Origin: Pseudomonadota bacterium
GTDB taxonomy: Bacteria; Bdellovibrionota_B; Oligoflexia; Oligoflexales; CAIYRB01
Length of the DNA: 58,104 nt
Assembly: GCA_031416315.1 (NCBI GenBank)
Contig: JANOTL010000067.1
Location: 1-58,104 of the forward strand
Reading direction: 5' to 3'
The notes beneath the pieces were generated by a model. The model ran no database searches, had not been told where the DNA came from, and saw only the letters and a program-made list of their open reading frames with translations. The translations under genes were made by a program, and so were the position numbers. This document shows positions 48,031 through 57,265 of the stretch, piece by piece (the stretch's first letter is position 1; each line of letters opens with the position of its first letter).

Positions 48031-48402
48031 ATGCCGAAACGCAGCGTTCTGATCGTAGACGACGACGAGTCCATCGGCCGCCTGCTGAGCTCGGCCCTAC
48101 GCACTCTCGGCTTCCGCTGCGACTATGCGCGCGATGCGTCCGAGGCGCTGACGATGGCGCAGAGCTCGAAGTACGACGTCGCCGTCGTCGACCTGCACCT
48201 TCCCGGCCCGAGCGGTCTCGAAATCTCGCGGCGGCTCGCCGCCGGCGCGCCCGAGAAGATCCCACAGGTCGTGATCTCCACCGGCGACGAGAGCCTGAGC
48301 GCGGACGCCGCGCGCGAGGCGGGCGCGAAGGCGACCATCTTCAAGCCGTTCACGCCGGAAGAGCTCGTTGAGGTCGTGAACGGGCTGATGCGGGTCGCCT
48401 AG
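48031..48402 (+). CDS. Single-domain response regulator (CheY-like)
   Basis: VLIVDDD, VVDLHLPGPSG, ISTG, KPF; GGGAGG SD. Confidence 0.9.
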   Translation: MPKRSVLIVDDDESIGRLLSSALRTLGFRCDYARDASEALTMAQSSKYDVAVVDLHLPGPSGLEISRRLAAGAPEKIPQVVISTGDESLSADAAREAGAKATIFKPFTPEELVEVVNGLMRVA

Positions 48403-48405
48403 ACC

Positions 48406-49254
48406 TTAGTCCCCGATCCCCGCGTTGCCGCCAGACCCGAGCTTCACCCCAAGGCGCTCGATCGCCTTTCCCGGGCTGCCCATGATGTTGTAGCCGCAAT
48501 CGACGTGCAGGATTTCGCCCGTCGTCGCGGTGGATAGGTCGGACAGAAGGAAGGCCGTCGACTTCGCCACGTCCTCCGGCGTGCAGTTTTTCCCCATCGG
48601 CGACACCGCGGCGTTGAGCGCGAGCATCGACGAGAAGTCGCCGACGGCGGAGGACGCCAGGGTCTTGATCGGCCCGGCGCTGACGCCGTTGACGCGGACG
48701 TTCTTCGGCCCGAGGTCGTAGGCGAGATACTTCATCGCCATGTCGAGCGCCGATTTGCAGACGCCCATCAGGTTGTAGCCGCCGACGACGCGCTCGCCGC
48801 CGAAGTAGGTCATCATCGCGATCGAGCCGCCGTCCGGCATGAGCTTCGCCGCCTCGCGCGAGGTGGCGATGAAGCTGTACACCGAGGTGTCCATCGCGAT
48901 GCGGAAGCCTTCGCGCGAGACGTCGATCGTGGAGCAACGGATGTCGTCGAGGGGCGCATAGGCGATCGAATGCACGAAGAAGTCGATCGTACCGAACTCC
49001 TTCTTCACTTCCTCGAAGAAAGCCGTGACGTCGCCGTCGACGTTGACGTCGCAGGGCCGAATGAACGTGTGCCCGAGCGGATCGACGACGCGGTGCACGC
49101 GCTTCGCCATCCGGTCGCGCCCTTCCTTGTCGGGCAGGTGGTTGAATCCGAGCTTGGCGCCTTCGGCGGTAAGCACTTGGGCGACCGCCGATGCGATCGA
49201 GTACTCGTTGGCAACGCCCATGACGATGCCTTTTTTGCCGGCGAACAAGCCCAT
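48406..49254 (-). CDS. fabI: Enoyl-ACP reductase FabI
   Basis: GVANEYSIA, HSIAYA, YNLMGVCK, SAGPIKTLA. Confidence 0.95.
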   Translation of the reverse strand: MGLFAGKKGIVMGVANEYSIASAVAQVLTAEGAKLGFNHLPDKEGRDRMAKRVHRVVDPLGHTFIRPCDVNVDGDVTAFFEEVKKEFGTIDFFVHSIAYAPLDDIRCSTIDVSREGFRIAMDTSVYSFIATSREAAKLMPDGGSIAMMTYFGGERVVGGYNLMGVCKSALDMAMKYLAYDLGPKNVRVNGVSAGPIKTLASSAVGDFSSMLALNAAVSPMGKNCTPEDVAKSTAFLLSDLSTATTGEILHVDCGYNIMGSPGKAIERLGVKLGSGGNAGIGD

Positions 49255-49338
49255 GCGTCTCTCCTTCTCGATTGAGCCGGGGTACGATACAGTACGCGCG
49301 ACAGTGATGAAAGCGTCTCTTCGCACGGGAATTCTCGA

Positions 49339-49704
49339 ATGGTCTGGACCCTTTGGATCTCCCTCGGCGCGGGTTTAGCCGGCCTCGGCGTCGTGATCGG
49401 CGCGTTCGGGGCCCACGCGCTCAAGAGCCGTCTCCCGGAGGAGGCTCTCACTCTGGTCGAGATCGGCGTCCGCTACCAGATGTACCACGCGTTCGCCCTG
49501 ATCGCCGTCGGCCTCGTCGCCACCCGGGTCGAGGGCACGCTGATCAAGGTCGCCGGCCTCTCTTTCGCCGGCGGGATCGTGATCTTCTCCGGCAGCCTCT
49601 ACCTCCTGGCGACAACCGGCGCGCGCTGGCTCGGCATGAGCGCCCCGATCGGGGGCGTCGCGTTCATCGTCGGCTGGGTCTGCTTGGCGCTCAGCGTCCG
49701 TTAG
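49339..49704 (+). CDS. DUF423 (YgdD/TMEM256) membrane protein
   Basis: GAFGAH, YQMYH, FSGSLY, PIGG. Confidence 0.93.
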   Translation: MVWTLWISLGAGLAGLGVVIGAFGAHALKSRLPEEALTLVEIGVRYQMYHAFALIAVGLVATRVEGTLIKVAGLSFAGGIVIFSGSLYLLATTGARWLGMSAPIGGVAFIVGWVCLALSVR

Positions 49705-50942
49705 CGCGGGGCGCTAGGCTCGCGATCCAGGAGCCGGGCGAGCACGAAGGCCGCAGGAATCGCCAGCATGACCACGTGCCGAAGGTAGGCGAATCCGAGC
49801 ATGTGCGGCGCGGCGAAGGCGCCGACCAGGACGATCCATCCTGCCGCCAGGGGGCGCGTTCCCGGAGGCTGCGCGACCGAAGGCCGCACCCAGGCGAGAG
49901 CGGCGGCCGCCAGCGAGCCGAGCAGGAAAACCCGGAGGAGGACGTTCGCGGTGAGCCAGAGGAGTCCCGCGATCGCCCCCGACGAGTTGCCGCTGACGAA
50001 ATCGACGCGAACGAAGTACTCGAAGGCACGGCGAGCGGTCATGCGCACGAAGCGCCAAGGATCCGCCGCCCAAAAGGCCAGAGTCTCGCGTTTGTAGTGG
50101 TCGTCGAAGGCCCATTCCCCTTCGGTCGCCGACGGGGGAACGGGGGGCAAGCGCAGGAAGTCTAGCTGCGAACGGTGGAGAAACGTATCGGTCGTGTCGC
50201 TGTTGCCCTTGCGTGCGTTCCACCAATCGATCGACGACTGCGTCGCGAAGCGTCCGCTCTCCACTTTGGCGAAGGCGCCGAGCCCCAGGATCACGGAGAC
50301 GGCCAGCGTGAGCCCGACGGCCAGAAAGTCACGCGGCCTCGGCACCGCCTTCGCCAGGCATGCCACGAGAGTCAGGCAGCCAAACACGTAGCTGCTCTTG
50401 ATGAGGAGCAACGACACGATCAACGCGAGCGCCAAAGCCTGCGCCCACCGCGCCCGCAGCGTGGCGCGATCGAGCCAAAGTCCGGTCAGGACGGCGAGCA
50501 TTGGGATGGCGTACGCCTCCTCGGTCTCGATCCCCGCCATCTGTGACATGAGGGAAGGATTGAGCGACGCGACGAAGCCGAAGACGAGCAAGGGAAGGCG
50601 CCCGCGCGCGGATTGACCGCGCACGGCCCACCAGAACGAAAGCCCCAGAAGCGCCGACGACACCAGGGCCTTGACGACGAAAAGGCTCGTCGCCGCGTCG
50701 GTGAAGAGCGACGCGCTCGCCAGCAGCGCCGGGATGAAGGGACGGCGCAGGGCGCACATCCGCAAGGTCTGCGTCCCGACCTCTTCAATCTGCAAGGTCG
50801 CGAGCGGGAAGTCCGGACACGGGCGGCCGGTCTCGACCCAAGCGCGAGCGGTCGGCCCGAAGTAGTTCGTCACGTCGAGGACCCCGATCCCCCGAGCGCG
50901 TGGGATCCCGATCACGAGCGTGGAAATCAAGCTCGAGAGCAC
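49701..50942 (-). CDS. Polytopic membrane protein, possibly a GT-C-fold glycosyltransferase
   Basis: Many TMs; RRP, EE and K..Y motifs; large late loop; start uncertain. Confidence 0.55.
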   Translation of the reverse strand: MLSSLISTLVIGIPRARGIGVLDVTNYFGPTARAWVETGRPCPDFPLATLQIEEVGTQTLRMCALRRPFIPALLASASLFTDAATSLFVVKALVSSALLGLSFWWAVRGQSARGRLPLLVFGFVASLNPSLMSQMAGIETEEAYAIPMLAVLTGLWLDRATLRARWAQALALALIVSLLLIKSSYVFGCLTLVACLAKAVPRPRDFLAVGLTLAVSVILGLGAFAKVESGRFATQSSIDWWNARKGNSDTTDTFLHRSQLDFLRLPPVPPSATEGEWAFDDHYKRETLAFWAADPWRFVRMTARRAFEYFVRVDFVSGNSSGAIAGLLWLTANVLLRVFLLGSLAAAALAWVRPSVAQPPGTRPLAAGWIVLVGAFAAPHMLGFAYLRHVVMLAIPAAFVLARLLDREPSAPR

Positions 50943-50992
50943 GACGGCGATGCAGACGAAGGCACACGCGCGGCGGCCGACGGTCGCTCGAT

Positions 50993-52363
50993 TTAGGATT
51001 TAAAGAATACGTAAGCCTTCTTCGCCAGCTGGAAGGCCGGTGATTGATCGCGCAGAAAGCCGCGAAAGAGCCGCTCCGACGTCTTACCGAACCGATGCTT
51101 CAGATAGTCTGCCGGGAACCGCGCGCGATAGGCGGCAAAGTACGCGCGCAGCTCGGCCTCAGAGCGGGCGCCGCCGTTGTCGCCGTACTTGCTGACGACC
51201 GGCGTGAAGCCTTCGAGCGTCGCCCGCGGCCACTCCCCGAGGAACTTCGTGCGCATGAAGTTGCCGATCATGAGGTCGTCGAAGACGTCGTAGCGCACCG
51301 CCGTCATCAGGGACGCCCTCGGGACCTCGAAGCGGAGGCCGCGCCTCTTCCCCCCGGGGGCGAAGGCGATGCGCGTCGTTTTGCCGCCGACCCCGAGCTC
51401 GATGAAGTCCAGGGTCGCGCCCAGGCGCTCAAAGCGCTGAAAATAGGCCGTCACGAGGGCGACGTCCTCCGCTTCGAGCTGGTCCGACCAGTTGTCCCCG
51501 AAGGTCTCGGGCGGCTGAATCGTGAGCGTCGAGCGCGCCGGTGCCAGCTCGACCACGTCTTGGCCCTCGACGTCGCAGCGAACGAACGCGGGGTGGATCC
51601 GGAGACCGTCGAGGATGCAGCCGTCGCGGTAGAACGCGTCCAAGGGAGTCGTGTACGCGGCGGCCCAAACGCTGTCGCTGCGCTGATACTCGTGGAAGGA
51701 GCTGAAGGGAATGATCTCGGTCGCGTCGTAAAAGCGTCCCCAGAATCGCAGCTGTCCGGCCAGGGAGCCGATCTCTCGCGCCTTGGTCTGCTGCGCGGGA
51801 GCGATGCGGACGTCGTCGGCGTCGAAAATGTTCATCATGTCGATGTCGCCGTAGCCGAACGTCTTCAAGAGAATACGCCGTGCGTAGGGCCGCGCGAGCC
51901 GGCGAAGATAGTCTGCGTGGCCGCGCGGCGCCGAGTCGTTGACGTTCATGATGAGCGTGCCGCCGATCTCCACGTAGAGGATGCCGTCCTGAAAGTAGTC
52001 GGACACGCAGAGGACGCGGATTCGATCGGACAAAGGCACCCAGACGCGATCCGGGAGCACGCGCGCTTTCAAGCCCATCGCCGTCAAATCGCGCGCGATA
52101 CGGCCGCCGACGTGGTCGGGAAGCAGGATCTCCTTGCCCGAAAGGCTCGCGAGCGAGTCCGCGTGCAAGTGGTCCGGATGCCCGTGCGAGTACCAGACGA
52201 ATGGCGCCGCGGCGATGGCGGCGCGCTGCGCGGGCGGGATCTCGTAGCCGACCGTCCAGCTGCCGAAATATGCCGGGCCTTCGATCCAAGGGTCCGTCAC
52301 GAGGACCGGCGCGCCGTCGTAACCGATCAACGTCGCGTTGCCGATAGTCTCGAATCCCAGCAT
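50993..52363 (-). CDS. MBL-fold metallo-hydrolase (UlaG/CMAH-like)
   Basis: GNA, TDPW, SHGHPDH, ND, PFSS. Confidence 0.85.
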   Translation of the reverse strand: MLGFETIGNATLIGYDGAPVLVTDPWIEGPAYFGSWTVGYEIPPAQRAAIAAAPFVWYSHGHPDHLHADSLASLSGKEILLPDHVGGRIARDLTAMGLKARVLPDRVWVPLSDRIRVLCVSDYFQDGILYVEIGGTLIMNVNDSAPRGHADYLRRLARPYARRILLKTFGYGDIDMMNIFDADDVRIAPAQQTKAREIGSLAGQLRFWGRFYDATEIIPFSSFHEYQRSDSVWAAAYTTPLDAFYRDGCILDGLRIHPAFVRCDVEGQDVVELAPARSTLTIQPPETFGDNWSDQLEAEDVALVTAYFQRFERLGATLDFIELGVGGKTTRIAFAPGGKRRGLRFEVPRASLMTAVRYDVFDDLMIGNFMRTKFLGEWPRATLEGFTPVVSKYGDNGGARSEAELRAYFAAYRARFPADYLKHRFGKTSERLFRGFLRDQSPAFQLAKKAYVFFKS

Positions 52364-52397
52364 GACCGGTCCCTAGCTGTTGGAGGATCTCACGATC

Positions 52398-53396
52398 CTA
52401 CCATAACGACTTCGAGTAGGCGCGCGACTCGCGCAGGCGGCGCAGGTCGACGTCCTTCTCGGACTGCTTGGAGATGTGCTGCTGCAGCAGCTTCACCGTG
52501 CCGATCAGATCGAGCAAGGCCTTGCCGTCGCCGATCGGCATGACGGCGCCGGCGACCGACGCCTCGGTCTTGTGCGTCACGATCAGCGTGAAGCGGTCGC
52601 CGTCGACGATCACGGCGACCGGTTTCGCCATGACGTCCACGACCGACGTCGTCCGATACTCCAACGTGACGCGGATCGCCTCGAGCTCCGATTTCGCCAG
52701 CGACGCGACGCCGTCGGAGCGCTCGCCGAGCTCGATCATGCGCGTCAAAGCTTCATAGAGCACCGCGCGGAAGTAGGGGTCGCCGGCGAAGCTCGTCGCT
52801 TTCCAATGGTTTTTGCGGTCGACGCGGCGCAGGGTCGCGTGCGCGATCCCGAAGGGAGAAAGGCGGCGGAGCGAGCGCGGCACGTCGACGCGCTCGGCGA
52901 GATCGCGCGCCAAGTAGGTGAGCTTCGCGACGCTGCGCGAGGCGACGTCGAAGCCGGGGCCGGCGTCGCCGGCGCCCAAGCCGCCGGGCGGCTTCGCGCC
53001 GGCGTCGAAGGCGGCCTCGGGGCCGGGAAAGAGCTGGTCTTGGCGCAGACCTCCCGCCGAGGGGGACGGCGAAGCCGACGCGCCCGTCCGCTCCACCGCG
53101 GCCTCCTTCGGCTCCGCCGCCGCCGCGTGCGCTGCGCGCTCCCGCGCCGCGCGCGCTCGCTGCACCTTCGCGGCTCCGACTTCCAGCGCGCGCTCAGCTT
53201 CCTTCACGGCATCGTCCCTTGCGACCGCGGGGTCCGGCGCGACCGAAGGTGGCGCCGCCCGCGACACCAGTCGAATCTTCACCGGCACCGCCCGCGCGCC
53301 AGCCGTCTGCGCCTTAGGCGCAAGCCACCAAGGAACGGCGTGCACGACGAGTGCCACCGCTGCCGCCAGCACCCAGAGCTGTCGCATTTTTCCCAT
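52398..53396 (-). CDS. Membrane-anchored hypothetical protein (TonB/TolA-like layout)
   Basis: N-terminal TM with His (ALVVH), Ala-rich helical linker, globular C-terminus. Confidence 0.6.
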   Translation of the reverse strand: MGKMRQLWVLAAAVALVVHAVPWWLAPKAQTAGARAVPVKIRLVSRAAPPSVAPDPAVARDDAVKEAERALEVGAAKVQRARAARERAAHAAAAEPKEAAVERTGASASPSPSAGGLRQDQLFPGPEAAFDAGAKPPGGLGAGDAGPGFDVASRSVAKLTYLARDLAERVDVPRSLRRLSPFGIAHATLRRVDRKNHWKATSFAGDPYFRAVLYEALTRMIELGERSDGVASLAKSELEAIRVTLEYRTTSVVDVMAKPVAVIVDGDRFTLIVTHKTEASVAGAVMPIGDGKALLDLIGTVKLLQQHISKQSEKDVDLRRLRESRAYSKSLW

Positions 53397-53535
53397 GCCG
53401 CTCGATCATAAACCACTCGACACCCAAGCCGTCTACTTAACGCAATACGATGGAAAAGAGGCGGCGGACCTCACAGGCCACGCCGCCCCCAAAACGTCGC
53501 CCACAGGCGACGATCCAAGTCTCGTCTTCCAGCTT

Positions 53536-54789
53536 CTAGGCCACCGGGACCGGGGTCGCATTGCCCGCCGCCGCCAAACTGACCTCCGCTTCGCCTTCGA
53601 GACTGCGCCAAAGCTCCTTCTTCCCGGAGACCGGCAGATAGTACGCGTACTCTGGCATCGGCGGCTTCCGCCCCCAGCGGCTCGCGACGCAGTATCCGAG
53701 CACCTCGCGCTTGTACTGGCTCCACCGCGGCGACTGAACGCCGAGCCCCCGCAGCACCTCCAAGGTGCGGCTGGCGTCGAAGCGCACGCCCGTCCCTTTG
53801 AAGTACGCGAAGTAGGGCCGCGCCATCTCCACCGCGTCCCAGAAGCCTTCATGAAAGAGCTTCTTCAGCGGCGTGTTCATGATCAGGTTGAAGGTCCAGA
53901 GGGGAACGACCGGCCGCTCTTTGATCGAGGCGTACTGATACGCATCGCGCAAAAGCTCGCGGATATTGATCTCGTGGCCGAGGCCGGCGCTGAGCATGAA
54001 TGTGCGACCAACGCTGCCTTCCCGCTGCATCAAGGCGACGAGACCGTCCGCCACGAAGTCCACGGGGACGACGTCGAGGTGCGCGCGCTGATTGCACGCG
54101 AAGAACGGCAGGAGGTTCTTCGACAGGAGGAGGAGCGGCCAATAAAGCACCTTGAAGTGCGGCGTGTGCCCATGATTCGAGTCGCCCACCACGATCGACG
54201 GGCGATAGATCGCGATCGGCAGAAAGGACTTGTATTCGCGCACGAGGAGCTCGGCCTCGTACTTGCTCTGCTCATAGTTGTTGGCGAACTCTTGGCCGCG
54301 GTCGAGGTCGTCCTCGGTGACGACGCCGGCGGTCGTGCCCGCGACGTAGGCCGTCGACACGTAGTCGAAGCGCTTCAATGTCCCCGCTTTGCGCAGACGT
54401 ACCGCCAGGTCCAAGGCGTGACGCGTGCCCTCGACGTTCGTGAGCCGCGACTCGTCCAAAGGCGCACCGAAGTCCGTCGACGCCCCGATGTGCAGGATCT
54501 GATGCAGGTCGAGCTTCAGCCGTGCCACGTCGTTCTCGCAGATGCCGAGCCCGGGCTTCTCGATGTTGCCCTCGATCGCGATCACGCGCGAGCGCACCTC
54601 CTCCAGACGGCCGGCGGGGAACATGCGCGTCAAAATCTTGTCGACGCGCTCCGCCGCCGTCGCGCGATCGTTGCCGCGGACGAGCAGATAGATGCGCCGA
54701 TAGCTCGGCACGTCGAGGAGGCGCGCCAGCACCGCTTTACCGATGAATCCCGTGCCGCCGGTCAGCAGCACGTTGCCCGAGACGCCCAT
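53536..54789 (-). CDS. Thioester/fatty-acyl reductase (NAD_binding_4 SDR)
   Basis: TGGTGFIG, LVR, VSTAYV, YEQSK, RPSIVVGDS, VPVD. Confidence 0.9.
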   Translation of the reverse strand: MGVSGNVLLTGGTGFIGKAVLARLLDVPSYRRIYLLVRGNDRATAAERVDKILTRMFPAGRLEEVRSRVIAIEGNIEKPGLGICENDVARLKLDLHQILHIGASTDFGAPLDESRLTNVEGTRHALDLAVRLRKAGTLKRFDYVSTAYVAGTTAGVVTEDDLDRGQEFANNYEQSKYEAELLVREYKSFLPIAIYRPSIVVGDSNHGHTPHFKVLYWPLLLLSKNLLPFFACNQRAHLDVVPVDFVADGLVALMQREGSVGRTFMLSAGLGHEINIRELLRDAYQYASIKERPVVPLWTFNLIMNTPLKKLFHEGFWDAVEMARPYFAYFKGTGVRFDASRTLEVLRGLGVQSPRWSQYKREVLGYCVASRWGRKPPMPEYAYYLPVSGKKELWRSLEGEAEVSLAAAGNATPVPVA

Positions 54790-54793
54790 GTCC

Positions 54794-55984
54794 TTACTCC
54801 TTGCCGACGACGAGCGCGACGCTCTCGCCCGAGAATCCGGTCTTCACGATCAGCGCGTGGGGTTTGCTCGCGTCGATCTTTCCATTCCACTGATGCGCCA
54901 CGTTCGGCGCCATCTGGATCGCTGCCGGCAGCGTCGGCCGCTCCAGGAGGGCCGAGGCCGAGGCCAGCTCGAGCATCCCGCCGGCTTCCATCAGGTTGCC
55001 GAAGGCCCGGGAGAAAGCGCCAAGGGCGGGACGCGCCCGCGCCTTGGCGAAAACCCGGGAGAGCACCAAAAGCTCGGCAACGTCGACGTCTCGGACGCCA
55101 TGCTGCGAGGCGAGCACCAAACCGATGTCATCGAGGCCGAGACCGGCCTCAGAGAGGGCGCGCATGATCGCGCTCTCCATGCCGCGGCCGTGAGGGTCGC
55201 GCTGCCAGGGGCCGAGCCCGTCCGAGCCCTGCGCCGAGCCCATGATGCGTCCCAACGCCTTCGCGCCGCGCGCGTCCGCGCCTTCGCGCCGCTCCAAGCC
55301 CAGAAACACGGCGCCGCTCGCGACTCGCGTTCCGAGACCGGCGTTTTCCTGCACCGCACGCGTCACTTGGTCCTCGGACGGCATCGCGAAGCCACCCGCG
55401 ACCGCGAGGTCGAGCTGATCGCGCGCGACGCGTCTTGCCGCCGTCGCCACCGCGATCAGTCCGGACGTCGAGGCGCTCGTATAGTTGTTGTTCGGCCCGC
55501 GCGCGTCGAGGATCATCGCGCCGTAGCAGAGCACGTTGTTCGGCAGGCCGATCAACAAGGCCGTCGGCTTCGACTCCATGCAGGTCGCGCCGAAGACTCG
55601 CTGCGAGCACTTGCCGTTGCCGTCGCGCGCCGCTTCCATGGCCGGCACATAGAACTCGTTCGAAGCCGCTGGCGACGACGGCGCGCCGACGAACATGCCG
55701 ATGCGCTCAGGCGAGACTTTCACGGTCTCCCAGCCCAAGTTCTTCTTCAGCTCTTCGATCCCGACCAAACCCAGGGCGTCCGGAGTCGAGACCGCCTTCA
55801 ACATCCGCTTGTCCGAGAGGTAAGGCGCCGGCCTGAAAGCCGCGAGCGAAAGCTCGTCCGCGCCGCTCACGGGCGTACCGTCGAAGACTTTCGCCCATTG
55901 CGCCGCTCGGCCCACGCCAGCCGCCGTCACGGCGCCGACACCGGTGATCACGACGTCGAGCGCATTCGGAGTGTTCGTGCTCAT
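54794..55984 (-). CDS. Non-catalytic ketosynthase (chain-length-factor-like)
   Basis: KS fold VVITGVGAV; Cys replaced (TSASTSG), second His replaced (FGNLMEA); ATGA overlap with the KS gene. Confidence 0.8.
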   Translation of the reverse strand: MSTNTPNALDVVITGVGAVTAAGVGRAAQWAKVFDGTPVSGADELSLAAFRPAPYLSDKRMLKAVSTPDALGLVGIEELKKNLGWETVKVSPERIGMFVGAPSSPAASNEFYVPAMEAARDGNGKCSQRVFGATCMESKPTALLIGLPNNVLCYGAMILDARGPNNNYTSASTSGLIAVATAARRVARDQLDLAVAGGFAMPSEDQVTRAVQENAGLGTRVASGAVFLGLERREGADARGAKALGRIMGSAQGSDGLGPWQRDPHGRGMESAIMRALSEAGLGLDDIGLVLASQHGVRDVDVAELLVLSRVFAKARARPALGAFSRAFGNLMEAGGMLELASASALLERPTLPAAIQMAPNVAHQWNGKIDASKPHALIVKTGFSGESVALVVGKE

Positions 55985-57240
55985 GCCATTCTCCCCGCCA
56001 CGAGGGCCGTGTTGGAGCCGCCGAAGCCGACCGAGTTGGAAAGGGCGCAACGGAGCTCGTGCTTCGTCGCCACTTTCGGCGTCAAGGTCACCCGCACTTC
56101 GGGATCCTGATTCTCCACGTTCAAGGTCGGCGGGAGCAGCTGGTGCTCGAGCGCCATCAAGCACACCGCGAGCTCGATCGCACCGGCGGCCGAGATCATG
56201 TGGCCCGTCATACTCTTGGTCGAGCTGACGAACGGCATCTTCTTCGCACCCGCCCACACGCGTTCGACTGCGAGCGCCTCGATGCGATCGTTCAGTCCCG
56301 TCGAGGTGCCGTGCGCGTTGACGTAGCCCACGTCCTCCAAGGCGACGTCGCCGTCGCGGAGCGCCATCTGCATGGCCTCGATCGGGCCCACGCCATCTGG
56401 GTGCAAGTCTGTGATGCGATAAGCACTTTCGGTGATGCCGTAGCCGCGAATCTCCGCCAGGGGCTTAGCCCCGCGCCGGAGCGCGTGCTCCAGCTCCTCG
56501 AAGATCAACATGCAGGCGCCCTCGCCTAGGACGAAGCCGTCGCGATCGCGATCGAAGGGCCGCGAGGCCGTCTTCGGATCGTCGTTCCGTTTCGATAGAG
56601 CCCCGAGCAGATTGAAGCCTGCGACATAGTACGGGTTCACCATCGAGTCCGCGCCGCCCGTGACGACGACGTCGGCTTGGCCGTAGCGCACCATGTCGAA
56701 CGCTTCGCCGAGCGACTGGCCCGACGACGCGCACGCCGTGTGCACCGTCGTCTTGCCGCCGCGTGCCCGAGCCATTCTTCCGATCATGCTCGTGAGCATC
56801 TCGGGGTAGTACTTCGCGTGCCGCGTCAGCGTCGCAGCGTCAAATTCCTTCGGGATATAATGCTTCTCGTACCAAGAGAAGTCGGGGCTGCCCATGCCGT
56901 TGCCGACGACGACCGCGACGCGCTCCGGGTCGACGCGTGACTGCGGCAAGCTCGCCTGCAGGAGCGCCTCGTGCGCCGCATGCACGCCGTACTCGCCCGC
57001 GTCGTTCAGGAAATGGCGGTCGGCGTCGGCGACGAGCCCGCGCGGTAGGCTGAAATTACGCACTTCGTACGCGATTTTCGTGGGAAAGCCGCTGGCGTCG
57101 AATTTACGGATGGGTCCGGCGACCGAGCGGCCGGAGATCATGCCCTGCCAAGTGTCGGCCATGGTCACGCCGAGCGGCGTCACGGCGCCGATGCCGGTGA
57201 CGACGACGCGCCGGCGTGAAGACGAGGTCTTCGCGATCAT
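55981..57240 (-). CDS. fabF: Beta-ketoacyl-ACP synthase II-type ketosynthase
   Basis: TACASSG, NAHGTST, KSMTGH, SNSVGFGG. Confidence 0.9.
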   Translation of the reverse strand: MIAKTSSSRRRVVVTGIGAVTPLGVTMADTWQGMISGRSVAGPIRKFDASGFPTKIAYEVRNFSLPRGLVADADRHFLNDAGEYGVHAAHEALLQASLPQSRVDPERVAVVVGNGMGSPDFSWYEKHYIPKEFDAATLTRHAKYYPEMLTSMIGRMARARGGKTTVHTACASSGQSLGEAFDMVRYGQADVVVTGGADSMVNPYYVAGFNLLGALSKRNDDPKTASRPFDRDRDGFVLGEGACMLIFEELEHALRRGAKPLAEIRGYGITESAYRITDLHPDGVGPIEAMQMALRDGDVALEDVGYVNAHGTSTGLNDRIEALAVERVWAGAKKMPFVSSTKSMTGHMISAAGAIELAVCLMALEHQLLPPTLNVENQDPEVRVTLTPKVATKHELRCALSNSVGFGGSNTALVAGRMA

Positions 57241-57265
57241 TTTGGGTCCTCGCTTTGGGCGCGCG

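Noticed and set aside
52918..55167. Long antisense ORFs (749 aa here; also 45643-47655, 34276-35778, 23487-25154, 32156-33826)
   Set aside because: Shadow frames opposite well-supported genes in high-GC DNA; R/A/G-biased with no motifs
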